From Piromyces finnis finn (taxonomy: Eukaryota > Fungi > Neocallimastigomycota), in contig MCFH01000021.1 of assembly GCA_002104945.1 (NCBI GenBank), positions 744,001-808,000 on the forward strand: a stretch of 64,000 bases of DNA, given 5' to 3'. Positions 12,312-29,796 of the stretch are shown here, piece after piece. Each line of letters begins with the position of its first letter. Position 1 is the stretch's first letter. Both the position numbers and the translations under genes were made by a program. A model generated the notes under the pieces. The model was not told where the DNA came from. It saw nothing but the letters and a program-made list of their open reading frames with translations, and made no database searches.

Positions 12312-14382
12312 TTTATTCTATTTTAATAAAAAATAAAATATATTAATAAATATTATTATTTTAACATTATTAAATTATTTACTTATTAGTAAAAAAGAGT
12401 TTTTATTAATTATAAAATTAAATAATCAATATCTATTATAACATTAATAAAAGTATTGTTGATTAAAAAGATTTCACTAGAATGAATACTTTAAGTTATA
12501 AGCTTAAATCTATTATAAGTTTAAATAATCTGATTTTAATAATTTAATGTTTCTGTATGAAATTTTAAAATTGACTTTATTTTAAATAAATTCCGGTTAA
12601 ATTATTAATTTTATATATTTATAATTTATTGAAATATTAAATTTGCAATGTCATTTATCATTTTTTGCGTATAATTTATTTTTCAAATGTCTTGTAATAA
12701 ATAAATTTATAACTTCTTATTATTTTAAACTTTATTTAAATTTAAATTTATATTTTTTTAGCTTTTTTTGTTTATGAATGATTTTATAAAGATTTTAATG
12801 AAAAAAATCCCCTTTATATTTTTGGTTGTCAAATTGATTTATAAATAATATTATTGTTTCTTACTTTATATATTATTAAAAAAAAATAATTACTTTTAAT
12901 TCCTGTATTTGTTAAAAGTGAAACTTTGAAAAAAAATTATTGATTTACTCTCTAAATACAATAATTACAAATATTATAACTACAATATTAACTATATATG
13001 ATTGGTTGTATAAATACAATATGTATTAATGTATTATCCAACAAATTATATTTACTTATAGAAAAAAGTACTATAATAATGAATCTATATAAAAAAAAAA
13101 AGAAATATTATAAATAAATAATGAAATATAAATATATAATAAATTGAATAAATATTCACATCTATTTAATAATTAAAGAAGAATAATTATAGAGCAATCT
13201 CTTTTTTTTTAAGTATTTTTTATATTTTATTAATTTTTTTATTTCTACTATATTTTTATTATAAATGATTATTTGTTACCAAAAAAAAAAAAAAAAAAAA
13301 AAAAATATTTATAATTAAAATGTTTGTTACACAAATATTTCTTTTTAAAATTACCACTTTAAAAAAGTGCTAATCTTGATTTTTTTTTTTTATTATTATA
13401 GTTTAATTAGTTCTTTATATTAAAATTTTAATAAAATCACTTGTAATAAAAATAATACTGATTGTTATTATTAGAATAGATAATGATAATTAAAAACATA
13501 TTTATCCATTATCTTTTAAATTGTAATATGTTATTACAATTTAAAATAAAAGGAATTTAGTTAGAATTTAATTTTTCTCATTTTAAGTTACTTTATTAAT
13601 AAAAAACATTGAAGATGCTAACGATTAAAGAGATAAAAATGATAAAAATGTTAAACTATTATATTCATTTTTATCAATAATTATTCTTTTACGAATTATT
13701 TAATAAAGCATTTAGTTATATATAAAAAAAACATAATTACTTTGATAATTTGTATTTTTGTTTAAGTCTCTTTATTTCAACATCTAAAAAAGTATGAAGA
13801 TAAATTTTATGCAATTTAATTAATTAAAAAAAAAGAAAAAAAAAGAAATAATATCATTGTTATTATAACAAAATTATTTTTATATTATTATTAATATATT
13901 CTATTAGTAATTATTATTTCAAAAATAATAATGAATGATAATTGTTAATATTTTGTTTTTTGTACGTAAAATATTTCGAAAACTTTTTATTATTTTTTTT
14001 AAAAATGAATCAAATATTGTTATTACATTTATATATAGAATTTAAAAGAATTAAAAATAATATAAAATATTAAATTTTATTTTTTTATTTAATTAAAATT
14101 AAAACCTTAAATATAAAAAATAAAATTTTAAACTAAATATAATTTTTATTAAAAAACAAAAAATAGTAATTATTAAAAAAGAAAAAGAAAAACAAATTAT
14201 TTTTCAAATATACACACACAAGACAAAGAAAAATAGAAAAAAAAAATATAAAGGGTTTGTTTTGATTTTGATTTAATATTTGTAACATAAATAAATAAAG
14301 GAATTAGTAGAAGTAATTTATATTTAAATTAATAAAATTAAAGGAAACAATATTTTACATTTGTAAATTAATAAATAGAAAA

Positions 14383-15093
14383 ATGCCAGGTGATAATCGG
14401 GGTGAATATACTAGATTAGGAAGTAATGGCACTGAAAAAAAGAGTTTAAGAAAGTTAAGTTTTAAAAAAATATGTAAGTACTTTAATGTATATAATATTA
14501 CCATTATTAATATTTTATTAAACTAAAAGTATATTATTTTAATTACAATTTTTAAAAATAATTATTGTTTTTAGTATGGATTTCATTATCTGTATATCTT
14601 GTTTTCTTTACAGATTTTGGAAAATTATTAATCAATGATAAAGAGAATAAATTAATAAAGTAATTATAGTGTTTCATTATTATATTTATTTTTGAATATA
14701 TTTAAATAATATTTAAAAATATAGGAATTGTAAAGGAATATAAAGTAAAAATATTAACAATTTATTTTCTGCATATATTAAAATATTATATCAAAATCTT
14801 AAAATATTTTAAATTTATGCAGGCCTTTCTTATACATAGCATACTGTAGTTTTGCTTTATTTGTAGGTTGTATTTTAAATCTTACAGTCTATTTACCTAA
14901 AGTAAAAAAGGTTAAAGTTGATTTTAAAGATTGGCAACACAACATTAAAAAGCCAATTCAATTGACAACAGTTAGTATTATTGTTTCATATATTTGCTCT
15001 TCAATTGCATTCTGGCCAGTTTATGGTTTTGTTAGTTTTATCTTAATTTTAATTTGTTGTCTTGGTGGTGTTTCTCTTGTTGCCTTAATTTAA
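14383..15093 (+). CDS. TMEM128-like small multi-pass membrane protein (3 exons)
   Basis: MPGDNRGEYTRLGSNG..., then LWISLSVYLVFFTDFGKLLIND, then PFLYIAYCSFALFVGCILNLTVYLP...VDFKDWQHNIKKPIQLTTVSIIVSYICSSIAFWPVYGFVSFILILICCLGGVSLVALI*. The ALWPVW-like motif and four-TM layout recall TMEM128. Confidence 0.7.
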
Positions 15094-15735
15094 TAAATTA
15101 AAAAAAGAATAAAGACATAAAGAATAGATAAATTATTTTTAGAATATTTCAATAAACAAAACAATAAAGAATTTTTATACTTTAATTATTTAAATAAAAA
15201 AGGAAAAAAAAAAACAATATAACATTCATATTTGATTTAAAAAGAATGAATAATAGTATTGTTTTATTTGCATTTACAATTAATTATTATTTGGAAATAC
15301 ATAAATATAAAAAAAAAATAAAAAAAAATTAATAAAAATTTAAAAATTGCATCTTAAAATAAAATCAATTTCTTTATATATATAGGCTTTTATTAATATT
15401 AGAATTGTATTAGTCATACTATAAAATATTTATTTCTTTCTTTCAATTCAATGATTATATAAGAGTGTTTTTTTTTTAATATAATAAATGTATCACAAAA
15501 AAGACAAATATTAATAAAATTTTATTTTCTAAAAATAATGTGCTTTATATTAATATTTAAACTCAGAACTCAGAATAATAAAAAATTAAAATATATATTT
15601 AAATTTTGTTGTATACTACAACTTACGATCTTAATAAAATATTTTTAATGTTTAATAATAATACTGAATTTAAACTACATAAATATATAAAAACCATTAT
15701 TTAATTTATCTTCTTAAACAATTATTAAAAATAAA

Positions 15736-18586
15736 ATGTTAAAAGGACCATCTGATAATGATGATAGTCATTCTGAATATTCTGAATATTCTGAATCATA
15801 TACATCTTGTAATTACCACTTATTAATTATATATATTTAAATAGATTATATTATCGAAATTATTAATATTTACATGAATATTATTGAATAAAATATATTC
15901 TTTCGAAAGCAAGTCAATCTTGTACTGAAGAATCAAGTTCAAGTGAATATAGCAGTGATGAAGAAGAAGAAGAAGAGTTTGTAGAAGGTTCTAACATGAA
16001 TATCATGGATGAAAAACTTATGAGTTCTCTTAAAAATAAAGTAAAAATTAAAAAATAAAACTATAATTCATTTTATAAAAAAACACAGTCATTTTAATAA
16101 AAATATATAATTCTTATCTTTAAAAATTATATATTTTAGAAACTTGTGGCCTTATATGATTATGTTGGCTCAACAGATGATGAAATATCATGTAGTCAAG
16201 GAGATGAATTTTTATTTATTCAATGTGATACTCCAGATTGGTGGTAAATATATTATATTTTTAAATATTTATATATTATGCTTTTCATATTACCTTGAAA
16301 ACCAGCTACAAAATTATTAACTTTATTAAAAATATGTTATTTAGGTATGTTAAGTCAATTGATAACAAGGTATATGGTTATTTACCAAGAACATATGTTC
16401 AATTCGTAGAAGATATTGATTTAGAAAAAGGTTGTGGACTATTTCTTTCATATATATATGAAATTTATATTTAAACATTCAAATATTTATTTTTTAATTA
16501 TTATAATACTATATTATCAAAAAGAATTAACAAAAGTATTAGTTGAATCAAATAAATTTTTTATTGAGCCTGATTTAATAAAAAAAAACATTCAATTGAA
16601 ATCAAACAAAAAAACTGAAAAAATTATTCAAAATATTTTGGATGAAAGTAAAAGTGATATGTCTTTATCATATTTATCAAGATTAAGAAATGAAGGTTGA
16701 TATCTAGAAATATTATTTATACCTAACCATATTATACTTATATATGATATTAAATATATTACTTTTTCCCAATTTTAATGGGAAATAATAAATTAATAGG
16801 AAAAGGTTCTATGAAGGAAATGTTTATGCCAGTATTAGATAAAGCAGGAATTAACTTTAAGGATTTATATTTAGATCCAAATACTAAAACTGTAAATTGA
16901 AAAAATAAATATATTATCTTGAAAAAATCAATATATACATAATATTAATAAAATAATATAAAGTTATACCCAATTATATCTCAATGTACATCAGCATTTA
17001 GTATAATATCTGCAAAAAATATTGAACAAGTATCACCAATATTTGATATTCATAACTACTATGTTAAAATGGCTTTATTTAGAAATTCTGTTTTATGTGG
17101 CAATATTCATAATATACCTGCTACACCATCAACTGATTCAAATTCAACTTGGAAATTTTCATCAAAAGTATTATTAAATTTAATTATCTGCTTATATTAA
17201 TTCTTACTTTTATAAAAATAATGTAAGTAATATTTATTTTTTATTTTTTAGTCTTCCATTTTATTCCCAGGTGATGATGAAAATACATGTTTCGTTAGAT
17301 CTAATAATAGCGATTATAATATATATATATTATTTGAACTATGTGTAACAGTGTCATTAAAAGAAGACAAAGAAAATGATGAAAATAATAATAATATAGA
17401 AAAAACTTCATTTAAAAAAACTAATAATGTTACAGGTATAAAATAAAAAATATATAAATAATAGGAATAGATATATTTTTATTAGGACATATTATAATAT
17501 ATTTTGAATAATATAAATAATATTAGATATATGCTGCGGATGGGGACTCTTTCCATTATTTACTCCAGATGGGGGTCCAATAGAAAATAGGACATATGAA
17601 ATTAAGTTAAATTCTGGTATACCATTTGAAGAAAAAAAGAAAAATTCAAATATCGAAAAAAAAGGTATATATTTATTAATTATTTTATATTTTTATTAAA
17701 TGTATAGAAATAAAAAAATAATTTATTTATTTCCTAATAATTTTTATAGGAATTTTCCAATCTATTTTAGGAACTGATAAAAATCCAAAATTAAACATAC
17801 GTGTATGGAAACTAGGGAAATCTATGCTAAATCAAATAAAGTAAATAAATAACTATATAATAATTATTGTACAAAAATCAAATTCTTATCATTAATAATA
17901 ATAATAATTAATTTAAAACTTAATATATTTAAATCTTCAGTATGCTTCCAATAAATATAATATCATTTATTTCAATTGTTCCAGTATTGTCTATATATAG
18001 AAGTTATATAGCTCAAATATTACATAATATCCCTAATAAAAGTATATTAGAGCCAAAATTTAATCCAGTTTTGGCAATTATGCCAAGAATTGGTGAATAT
18101 CCAGAATTGTTACGTTATTTAGCATTGGTATGGGATTACAAATATAAATCTTTGAAAAGATCTGAAAAAGTAAATATAATTATTATATATTGAACATTTT
18201 AAATAATCTAATAAAAGAATTAAGTATTAAATATATAATTATTATATACAATATAGAAACAATTTTCTTCATTGATTCAACATTTTAAGGATTGTGTTTT
18301 AACTGTTTGGCCACTTATTAGTTTATTAGATTCTGATAATATTGTAATTATCTACTTTTAATAAATAAATAATGAAAATAAAATAGAATAAAATAATAAT
18401 TAAAATTGTATATTTTAATATATGCAGAATATATTAAGTTCAGGTATTAGTTTAATTCAACAAAAAGGACCTATAGCATGTTTACTTAATGAAACTGGAG
18501 AATTTGGATTTAAGCCTTTTGATATGGAAGAACTAACATTTGACTATCTAAATTATGTTGAATCTAAAAACGAAAAATCTACATAA
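15736..18586 (+). CDS. NPHP1: Nephrocystin-1 (ciliary transition-zone protein; acidic region, SH3, nephrocystin homology domain)
   Basis: SH3: LVALYDYVGSTDDEISCSQGDE...PDWWYVKS...GYLPRTYV. NHD motifs: GNIHNIPA...TWKFS, CFVRSN...ILFELCV, CCGWGTLPLFTPDGGPIENRTYEIKLNSGIPFE, KSLKRSEK and KPFDMEELTFDYL. All parallel human NPHP1 as I recall it. Confidence 0.9.
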
Positions 18587-19472
18587 TAAAAAATTAAATT
18601 ATAATTTAAAAAAAAAATAAAGTAATCTCTATTTTAGATATTTAATTATTTATATGTAAAATTAATAATATCATAAACTTGATATTAAAATTAATTAATA
18701 TTGTCTGAAATATTTTATTTCAAATAATAAACTATATTGAGATTTAAATGATATTGAAAAATATTTCAATTAAAATATTAATTATTAATATTTAAAAAGA
18801 GTAAATTAATATAACATTACACTAATTATAAATATAAACCTTTGCATTTATAACAATTTATGTAATTATTATGTATCAAAAACTATAAAAAATAATATTA
18901 TTTATATTAATTCAAAAATAGAATAAACCATAATTAACATTATTAAGAATGTTATAATTAAACGAAACTTTAATAAATAATAATGGAAAAAAAATTATTA
19001 TATAAATTTAAAATAAAGGTGCATTAATTAATAATTGATTTGGAAAAATTATATACTTAATGTATCATCTTATTCATTTCTATAGAAACAGGATAAAAAT
19101 CCTCATATAATATATATATAATAAACTTTCAAGTTTTATTATTAATATTTTAATTATAATTATAGTTTATATTCATAACATCTTTTCTATATATCAAAAT
19201 AAAAATTATATTAAATTATACTTTTTTTCAATAATGATATTATTTAATTTTTTTATCTTTTTTTCTTCTATTTTTTTTTTCTTGAATACTTTCAGAATTA
19301 GGAAAAACATTATTTCTTTATATATGAAATTATTTGAAATGAAAACTTAATAAAATATATATAAATAATTTAAAAAGAATAACAAAATAAATAATACTAA
19401 TTAATTATTTTTATATCTGTATAAATTATTTGATAAAGCTATTTAAAAACACATAAATTATAATAAATAAAT

Positions 19473-22025
<2,553 letters not shown>

Positions 22026-22255
22026 AAAATTTATATTTTATAATATTATATTAAATTTTGTAACAATATATACAATTATTTTAAAAAGAGAAAAAGAAAA
22101 GAAATATATAATAGAATAGAATAAATCATTTAGTATTCACTATTTAACATTTTAAAAAACTACTAATATATAACTATTAATAGAGAAATATTAATTTATT
22201 ATTTATTATATAATAAAACATTTCTATTATAATTACTATTATATTATTGATATAA

Positions 22256-22286
<31 letters not shown>

Positions 22287-22486
22287 CTTTATTAAAAGTT
22301 ATTAGAGTGGTTAAATAAATTTATTATATTATTTATTTTAATATATAATTTTTTGAGAAAGTTATGTGTATTTTTAATTTTAATAGTTTTGTTATTTTTT
22401 TCTATTATATTATAAAATAGTGTAAATAGGTGTAATAATTAAAAGATAATACATTTATAAATTGTAATATAAAAAAGTCTATAGTA

Positions 22487-25400
22487 TCATTCTTTAGGTA
22501 TTGGTACGGTCTTATATAAAAGTTGAATTAAACCTCTAGATTCAATCAAAAATTGATTGTATTTGTCACCATACTCTTTCTTCATGTTTTAATATTGTAA
22601 TTAAAAATATTTTATGTATAGTATTATTAAATGTTTATATATATATATATTAATAATGGAATTAAAATAAGAAATATTAATAATATAAATGATAAATACC
22701 TCTACTGTATCAACAACATTATTTATTTTTCTTATTTTTTCACATAATTTTTTAAATTCAGCTTTTTTATCATTTAATGATAAAGGATTTGTAACAAAAG
22801 TTCCATTTTTAATTTCTGTATAAAATTTACTTCTTTTCTGAAGTATTAATTTCGCATTTATGAGCTATTTTATGTAATAAAAAAATATTATATTTAAATT
22901 ATTAATCAATATTATATTAATTTAGAGAAGAATAAAAAAAAAAACAAAATTTTAAATACATTATTTTTTTTATTGTATTTCTTTTCATATTCTTGTAATA
23001 AATTTGTTTGTCTTTTTTCTAAAAAATCGCATGTTTCTTTTATTGATGAAGATTGTTCATCTAATTGATGTTGTGTGTTTGATAAAGTCGAAATTTCTTT
23101 ATCACATTCTCTTAAATCACTTGAAATAATTTTTATTTTTTTCTGAAGATCAATTATTGCTTTATTATGTTGGGTTTGGACATTATTCATTGTATTGGGT
23201 TTAGAATAACCCCTATTTATAAGAATATATATAAAATTTAACATTAATATTAAAAACATTATAATATTAATTTTTAATGATATTTAAAATTACTTCATCT
23301 GAATATATTCTCTTCTATATACAGCTTTCTCCATTTCAACAATCATTTTTTCTTGTAACCTCAATAAACCTTTCAATCTTAATTTCATTCGATGAATTTC
23401 AAGTTTCATATCTCTAATTTCTGTCGAACCAATATTAGGATCTAATGCAGCTTGAGTTTCTTTAGTTAATTGAATCTTCTTTTCCCATAACATCATTTGT
23501 CGTCTATTTTATCGAAATATTTAATTTATAATGTTAATTGAAAATTTATATATATTAATATACATATTTTTAAATATAAATTACTCAGATTCTATCAATC
23601 CATTTAATGCTTTTTCTTTTTCATTTTTCAGTGATTCTAATTTTTCTTCTAATCTTAATAAATTAATTGATGATTCCTAATATTTCATTATTTTAACATT
23701 AAATTTAATATTTGAAAATGTCTAACATTTAAACCCTATCTCATTATAGTATTAATATCATTAAAATACCTTTAATCTTGCTTTAAATTCATTTTCTAAA
23801 TCTAAATTGTTTTCTATTAATTTTGATTGAACATCAACATTTTTGGAAATAAGGGTATTAATTTTAACCATATCATGTTGAAGTTGTTTAATATTTCTAT
23901 CATGTTCTTTTATTTCTTTTTCTTCATTATCAATTTTGGCTATAATAAATATTAGAAATTTATACAAATTAATTAAATTGAACAATCTTTTTGAATAAAA
24001 AATGTTGTAAAAACTATTATTGAAAATTTACTATTAATAACAATTCTTTTTCTATCCAAAATTGAAGAGCGCATTTTCAAATCTTGTATTTCCTCGGACA
24101 TTTTTGAATTCTTTTTGGACAAATTAATTAAATCGGTTTGAGATCTTATCCATAACTGTTGCATTTCATAATATTCTTTTTCTTTTTGTGATACAGCTTT
24201 CATTAAATTATTAATTGTTGCTTCCATTGGACCAACATATTCCTCCTATTAATAATATTATCAATATAATATTTTAATATATATATATAGCAAAAAAAAT
24301 ATTGGAAGAAATAACTTAGACATACATCATTAACATTTTTTAATTCATCAAATTTTTTATTTAACGCGTCTATTTCAGATTGTCTTTTCTCAATAACTGT
24401 ATTTTGTCTTTTAATTTCTAATTCATATTTATCAATCATTTTCTTCTTTATTTCCATTTCATTTTGAATGTCTTTACTTTTTTCTCTTAATCTATCTAAT
24501 ATCCCATCTAAGTTTAATGATTGTAATTCGAGTTTTGCTATTTCATTTTCTGTCTTGGCAATAACATCTTCCTGTATAATTGTAAATATATATTGAATTA
24601 AAACTTAGAAAATACAGAAAATCATAAATTTATATCATTTATCTATTTTTTTTTGTTTGAAAAACAAATAATTACCTTTTCATTTATTTTTATTTTTAAA
24701 TTACTCCTATCTCGTTCGGCACCATGTGCCCCTTTTTTTAAATATAATTGATCCTGAAGTAAACTCATTATTTCTTCTTCTATTTTTTTTGTAGAAAATT
24801 TCATTTGAGTAATTTGCTTTTGAAAATTCATATCCTCAATTTCTAATAATTTTTGATCCTAATGAATAAATATAAATGAATATAAAAGAAATTAAAAATT
24901 AAGTATATTATGTTTATTATTCTTTATATTATTATGAATAAAATAGATGTTTATGTACTTGAGAAGCTTTTTCTAATTCCATTTCTGTATTACTTAAACT
25001 TTTGGAATAAAGTAAAAATGTTTCTTTATTTTTATCAATATTTTCTCTAACATTTGATAATTGTTTTTTTGTAAAAGCAATTTCAGATTCTAGACGATTG
25101 GATAATCCTGTTAATGATTCATTTCTTTCTTGAACCTGATTTAATGAATGTTTAAATCCATTGATAACACCTTCCTTTGTTAATATTTCACTCTTTAATG
25201 TTCTATTAAGTACAATAATATATATTGATGATTATTAAAATAATGTATATAAAATAAATTATTATTAATAATGTATCAATTTTTTAACCTTATATCTTCA
25301 TTTAATTTTTTAATAATATCTTCACGTTTTTGAAGTGCGAATACACTACTATTCCATTGATTTAATAATTGTCGTTTTTCAAATGTCATTGCCTTAATTA

Positions 25401-26955
25401 TTTAAGTAAAAATTTAACAAAAAATAATAATTAATTAAACTTCAAAAATGATATCTACTACACTAAAATTAAAATAATAACCTCCATTTCCATTTCAGCT
25501 TCGTGTAATGTTTCATGTGCTGCTTTTGATTCTTTTGATTGTGCATGATATTGAGAATCATATAAAGCAAGTTTTTCTTTTAATTTTTGTAATTGGGTTG
25601 TTAATTTATCTATATAGAAATCCTATTTTAAATATATTGTATAAGAAATACTATTAAATTAAAATAAATAATATGTATTATATTAATTACTTGTCTTTTT
25701 TTCTCAATTTCTTGTTTAACTATATCTTCTTCTGTTTTTAATGTTGTTCTTTTTACTACACTAATTTGTGATTTCAATTCTTCATGATATAAATCAACTT
25801 GTTTTATTGTTTGATTAATCTTTTCAAGTTCTGTTTTGTGAACTTCAACTATTTAATAATAAATTATATTAATGCCAATGTTATACAAATATTCAAATAT
25901 TAATATAAATATAAAAATTAATTAAAATATTAATTTACCAGCATCTGAAAATTTTTTCATTTTTTCGTTTTCTTCATTATATTTATTATTTAATTCAGTT
26001 AATAACTGTTCAGCATCTGCTCTATACTTTCTTATGGCACTTTCATTATCTCTTATTGTTTCAAGTGAAACTTGAGCATTTGCCAACTGTTGTTGAATAT
26101 TATATAATTCTACACCAACATCTTCTCTTTGTTGCATCTTTTTTCTTAATGTTTCTTTCTATTATTAAGAAATTTATCATTGTATATTTATTTTTTTTAT
26201 GGATTAGTAATCTAATATTAATTATTTTATCTATAATATAATTATTACCTTTTCTAACAAATCTAATTGTAGTTTTTGATTACGGCTTGTTAACTGTTTA
26301 AAAAGTAATTCTTGAACAGGTTTCATTAATTCCTATTTAATAATTAATAATGCAAACATTAAAATAATATGAATATGAGTATTTGTTTTTTTTTTCATTC
26401 TTTTATTTAATACTTATAAAATTATGTTATAATATTTAATGGAATATTAATCATTACATGTTCAGGATCAATTAGCGCGTTGTTATCCTCTTCTTGTTCT
26501 CTTTGTATCCTTTCATTTTCTTCTTGCTCAAACTTTAATCTTTCTGCTTCAATATCGCTTGCTTTATGAATTTCACCAGTTTCAAAATGGCCTTCATTAA
26601 CATGGTCTTGAATATATTGTAAAACAAAAGAGTTATCTAAATTCTCTTTTTTAAATAAATTGTCTTTTTCTTCGTCTGTTAATATTGTCGAAGTTTTCGA
26701 ATTTTGATTTGTATCATCAGTTGATGATACACCTTTACCAGAAAGAAATTTATTTTTTATATTATCTACATTCTCGACTTTATAATTAACAATATTTACA
26801 TCCTTTTCTAAATCTTGAATTGTATTATTAATATTAAGAGCTTTCTTTTTTTTATCTAGTTTATCTTTTAATTGGTTTATAACATCATCATCACTATCAC
26901 TATCTAAATTATCATTTCCTACATTATTTATATTTAATTCATCATTAATATTCAT
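22487..26955 (-). CDS. CCDC40: Coiled-coil domain-containing protein 40 (axonemal 96-nm ruler subunit), multi-exon
   Basis: Acidic N-terminus, then [61 protein letters not shown] and MEKAVYRRE, matching CCDC40 motifs as recalled. Many coiled-coil exons in the track (22912-26137); stop at 22489-22487. Confidence 0.9.
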
Positions 26956-27332
26956 TTTGCTAAATATTTATACTTTAAAAAAAAATATATTTGATATTAA
27001 TAGACAGATAGATATTAATAATTATTCATTTAGAATTATTCTAATTCTATATCATTAAATCTCAATAATAGTAGTTTTTAAATGATATTACTACTCAATA
27101 ATTTAATTTTAAATAATAGAATTAAATTTCTGAATAATAAATTTTAATTTGTTTTAAACTGAAATAAATAAAAAAATAAAGTTTAATTTTTTCTTTCAAA
27201 AAAATATACAAAAAAGTTTTTAACTAAAAAATCGAAAAAATAATTTCAAAATATTTTTTCTACTTTTGTTATGAATTAGTTTTAAGTTTTTTTTTTTTTT
27301 TTTTGATTAAATAATAAAGCTTTAAGTCATTC

Positions 27333-27363
<31 letters not shown>

Positions 27364-27667
27364 ATAGTGTAAAGAAAATAATGCTTATTATTTCAAATTC
27401 AAATGGTTTATATATATATATTTATTTTTCCTTTTTTTTTTTTTTAAAAAAAAAAAAAAGAGAGAAAGAAAAGATAGTTAATAGAAAATATTTTATTTTT
27501 ATATTACTTTCGATATATTATAAAGATAAAATATCGAAAGTAATATAAAATAATATAATATATTTTATAGAATATAAAAATTCATCCACTTATAATATTA
27601 ATCTATGTTGATGGATTATTTTCTGTTTATAGTTTTCTTGAAGTTGTTCTTAATTATTAGTATAATT

Positions 27668-27880
<213 letters not shown>

Positions 27881-28424
27881 AATTCACTATTCTAATTTTT
27901 AGTGGTATTATCCATTTTTATTAAGTTAAAAAATTTAATTATTATTATTATTATTATAATTAAATTATTTTATTTATTATCAAAATACTTTCAATCCAAA
28001 TCTTATTTATAATAAATTTTAATTTATCATATTAAATTAAATAATTATAAATTATTATGTTCAATCTTTTTATTATTCTTAACAATTTTTAAACTTTTTT
28101 TTTATTATTAAAACGTTATAGTAAAAATAGATTTTGATAAAAGAAAAGAATAAATCATATATAATAAATAATATAATATTGGATATAATACAACACTTTT
28201 TAATGTAACCTATTTTTTAATATAATTTATTAATGATTAAATTTTAAATAACAAAATGTTTAATATAAACAAATGTATAATTAATTTTAATAAAAAAAAT
28301 AAATAAAATGAATATTATTTAGTAAAATAAAATTCCAAAAAAAATAAATTAAAATATAAATAAAAAATAACAACATAATGATTTTTTTTTTAATTATATA
28401 TTAGAATAATATAAAGTTTTAAAA

Positions 28425-29078
28425 ATGGGTGATTACGATTATAAGAGAAGAGATAACAGAAGAGACGATAGAAGGGATGATAGAAGAGGTGGCGATAGAA
28501 GAGATGACAGAAGAGGTGTCTATGGGGACCGTAGAAGAGATTATAGAGATGACAGAAGAGATGACAGAAGAATTGGCGATAGAAGAGATGATAGAAGGGG
28601 TGGCGATAGAAGAGATGACAGAAGAGGTGGTGGTGACAGAGGAAGAAGAGATAGAAGAGATTTTGACCGTGGTGACAGATACGGAGATAGAAAGAGATTT
28701 GGAGGTGATAGAGGAGGCTTCAGAAATGATCAATTCCCTCCAGATCCAGAACCAAAGAATTTCAATGAATTCTTTAAAGATGTATGCAGACAATTTCAAA
28801 TTCAATTAGCAGAAGATTCATATGACTCTTGGAATATTGATCCAAGAATTAAAAAGGATCCATTACTTCATTGGCCAATTGAAATCGGTGTTAATGCTGC
28901 TGATTCACGAAATGATTATGGAGGCATTAACAACTACAGAGAAAGAGGTGGAAGAAATGATAGAAATGACAGAAACGATAGAAACGATAGAAACGATAGA
29001 AACGATAGAAGACCACCACCAAGATCAAGATTATCAAATTATGGTTCTAGTTACAATTCATCCTCTAATTACAATTAA
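28425..29078 (+). CDS. Intronless Arg/Asp/Gly-rich (mixed-charge) protein, 217 aa, with small central non-repetitive segment; function unknown
   Basis: GC-elevated island in AT-rich DNA, ATG after AAAAA, RRDD(RR) repeats at the N-terminus and (RND)6 near the C-terminus. Codon choice (TTC, CCA, GAC) resembles the housekeeping genes in this window. Confidence 0.8.
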   Translation: MGDYDYKRRDNRRDDRRDDRRGGDRRDDRRGVYGDRRRDYRDDRRDDRRIGDRRDDRRGGDRRDDRRGGGDRGRRDRRDFDRGDRYGDRKRFGGDRGGFRNDQFPPDPEPKNFNEFFKDVCRQFQIQLAEDSYDSWNIDPRIKKDPLLHWPIEIGVNAADSRNDYGGINNYRERGGRNDRNDRNDRNDRNDRNDRRPPPRSRLSNYGSSYNSSSNYN

Positions 29079-29796
29079 TTTATTAAATTCAATATAAAAT
29101 TTATTTTAATTTTTTTTTTTTTTTAATAATTAATGTTACTTTCTTAAATTATACATATATTATAGATATAATATAATAATTAAATCTCAAATATAAAGTA
29201 TCGTATTTTCTTAAAATTAAAACGATAAATATTCTAATATGTATAATAAATATTAATTATTTACAAAATAATAATTAGAACAAAAGAATTTTGAAAATAT
29301 AAATATATGTAAATATTCAAAATTGTTATGGTTTATTTTATAATGTTTAAATATATTAATTCTATTTTAGTTTAAATAAAATAAGGATGATGAATATACG
29401 ACAAATGACTAGTTTTTAAGATTTTTTTTTTTTGATTTTTGGTAATAAATAAAAGAAGAAAAAAAAAGGAAAAAGAAAAAAAGTTTTTGATATTATTTTA
29501 TTATTTTTTTTATTTATATTAACGTTTATAATAAATGAAGTGGTTTTTTGTAAAATAAATAATGATAAAATATATAATGAAAAAAGAAAAATAAGCAAAA
29601 ATATATTTATATATAAATATATAAAATAGAAATATTTAAAAATGCTATAAATATAAATAGTTGAAGTGTAAAAAAAGTTTTCTATTTTTTTTTTTTTTTT
29701 TTTTTTTTTTAATAAAAATAATATTATATTATTAATTGTTACTTTAATAGAAGAATAATAAACCGATAATTCTTACTGTTTTATATTATCATTTTT

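Noticed and set aside
12057-12326. Trp/Cys-rich plus-strand ORF
   Set aside because: Antisense of CCA/ACA/GCA codons in the Pro-rich snRNP exon.
28419-29097. Three extra long ORFs overlapping the RD-rich gene (two plus frames, one minus)
   Set aside because: Purine-rich AGA/GAT repeats lack stops in other frames; there is no independent coding signal.
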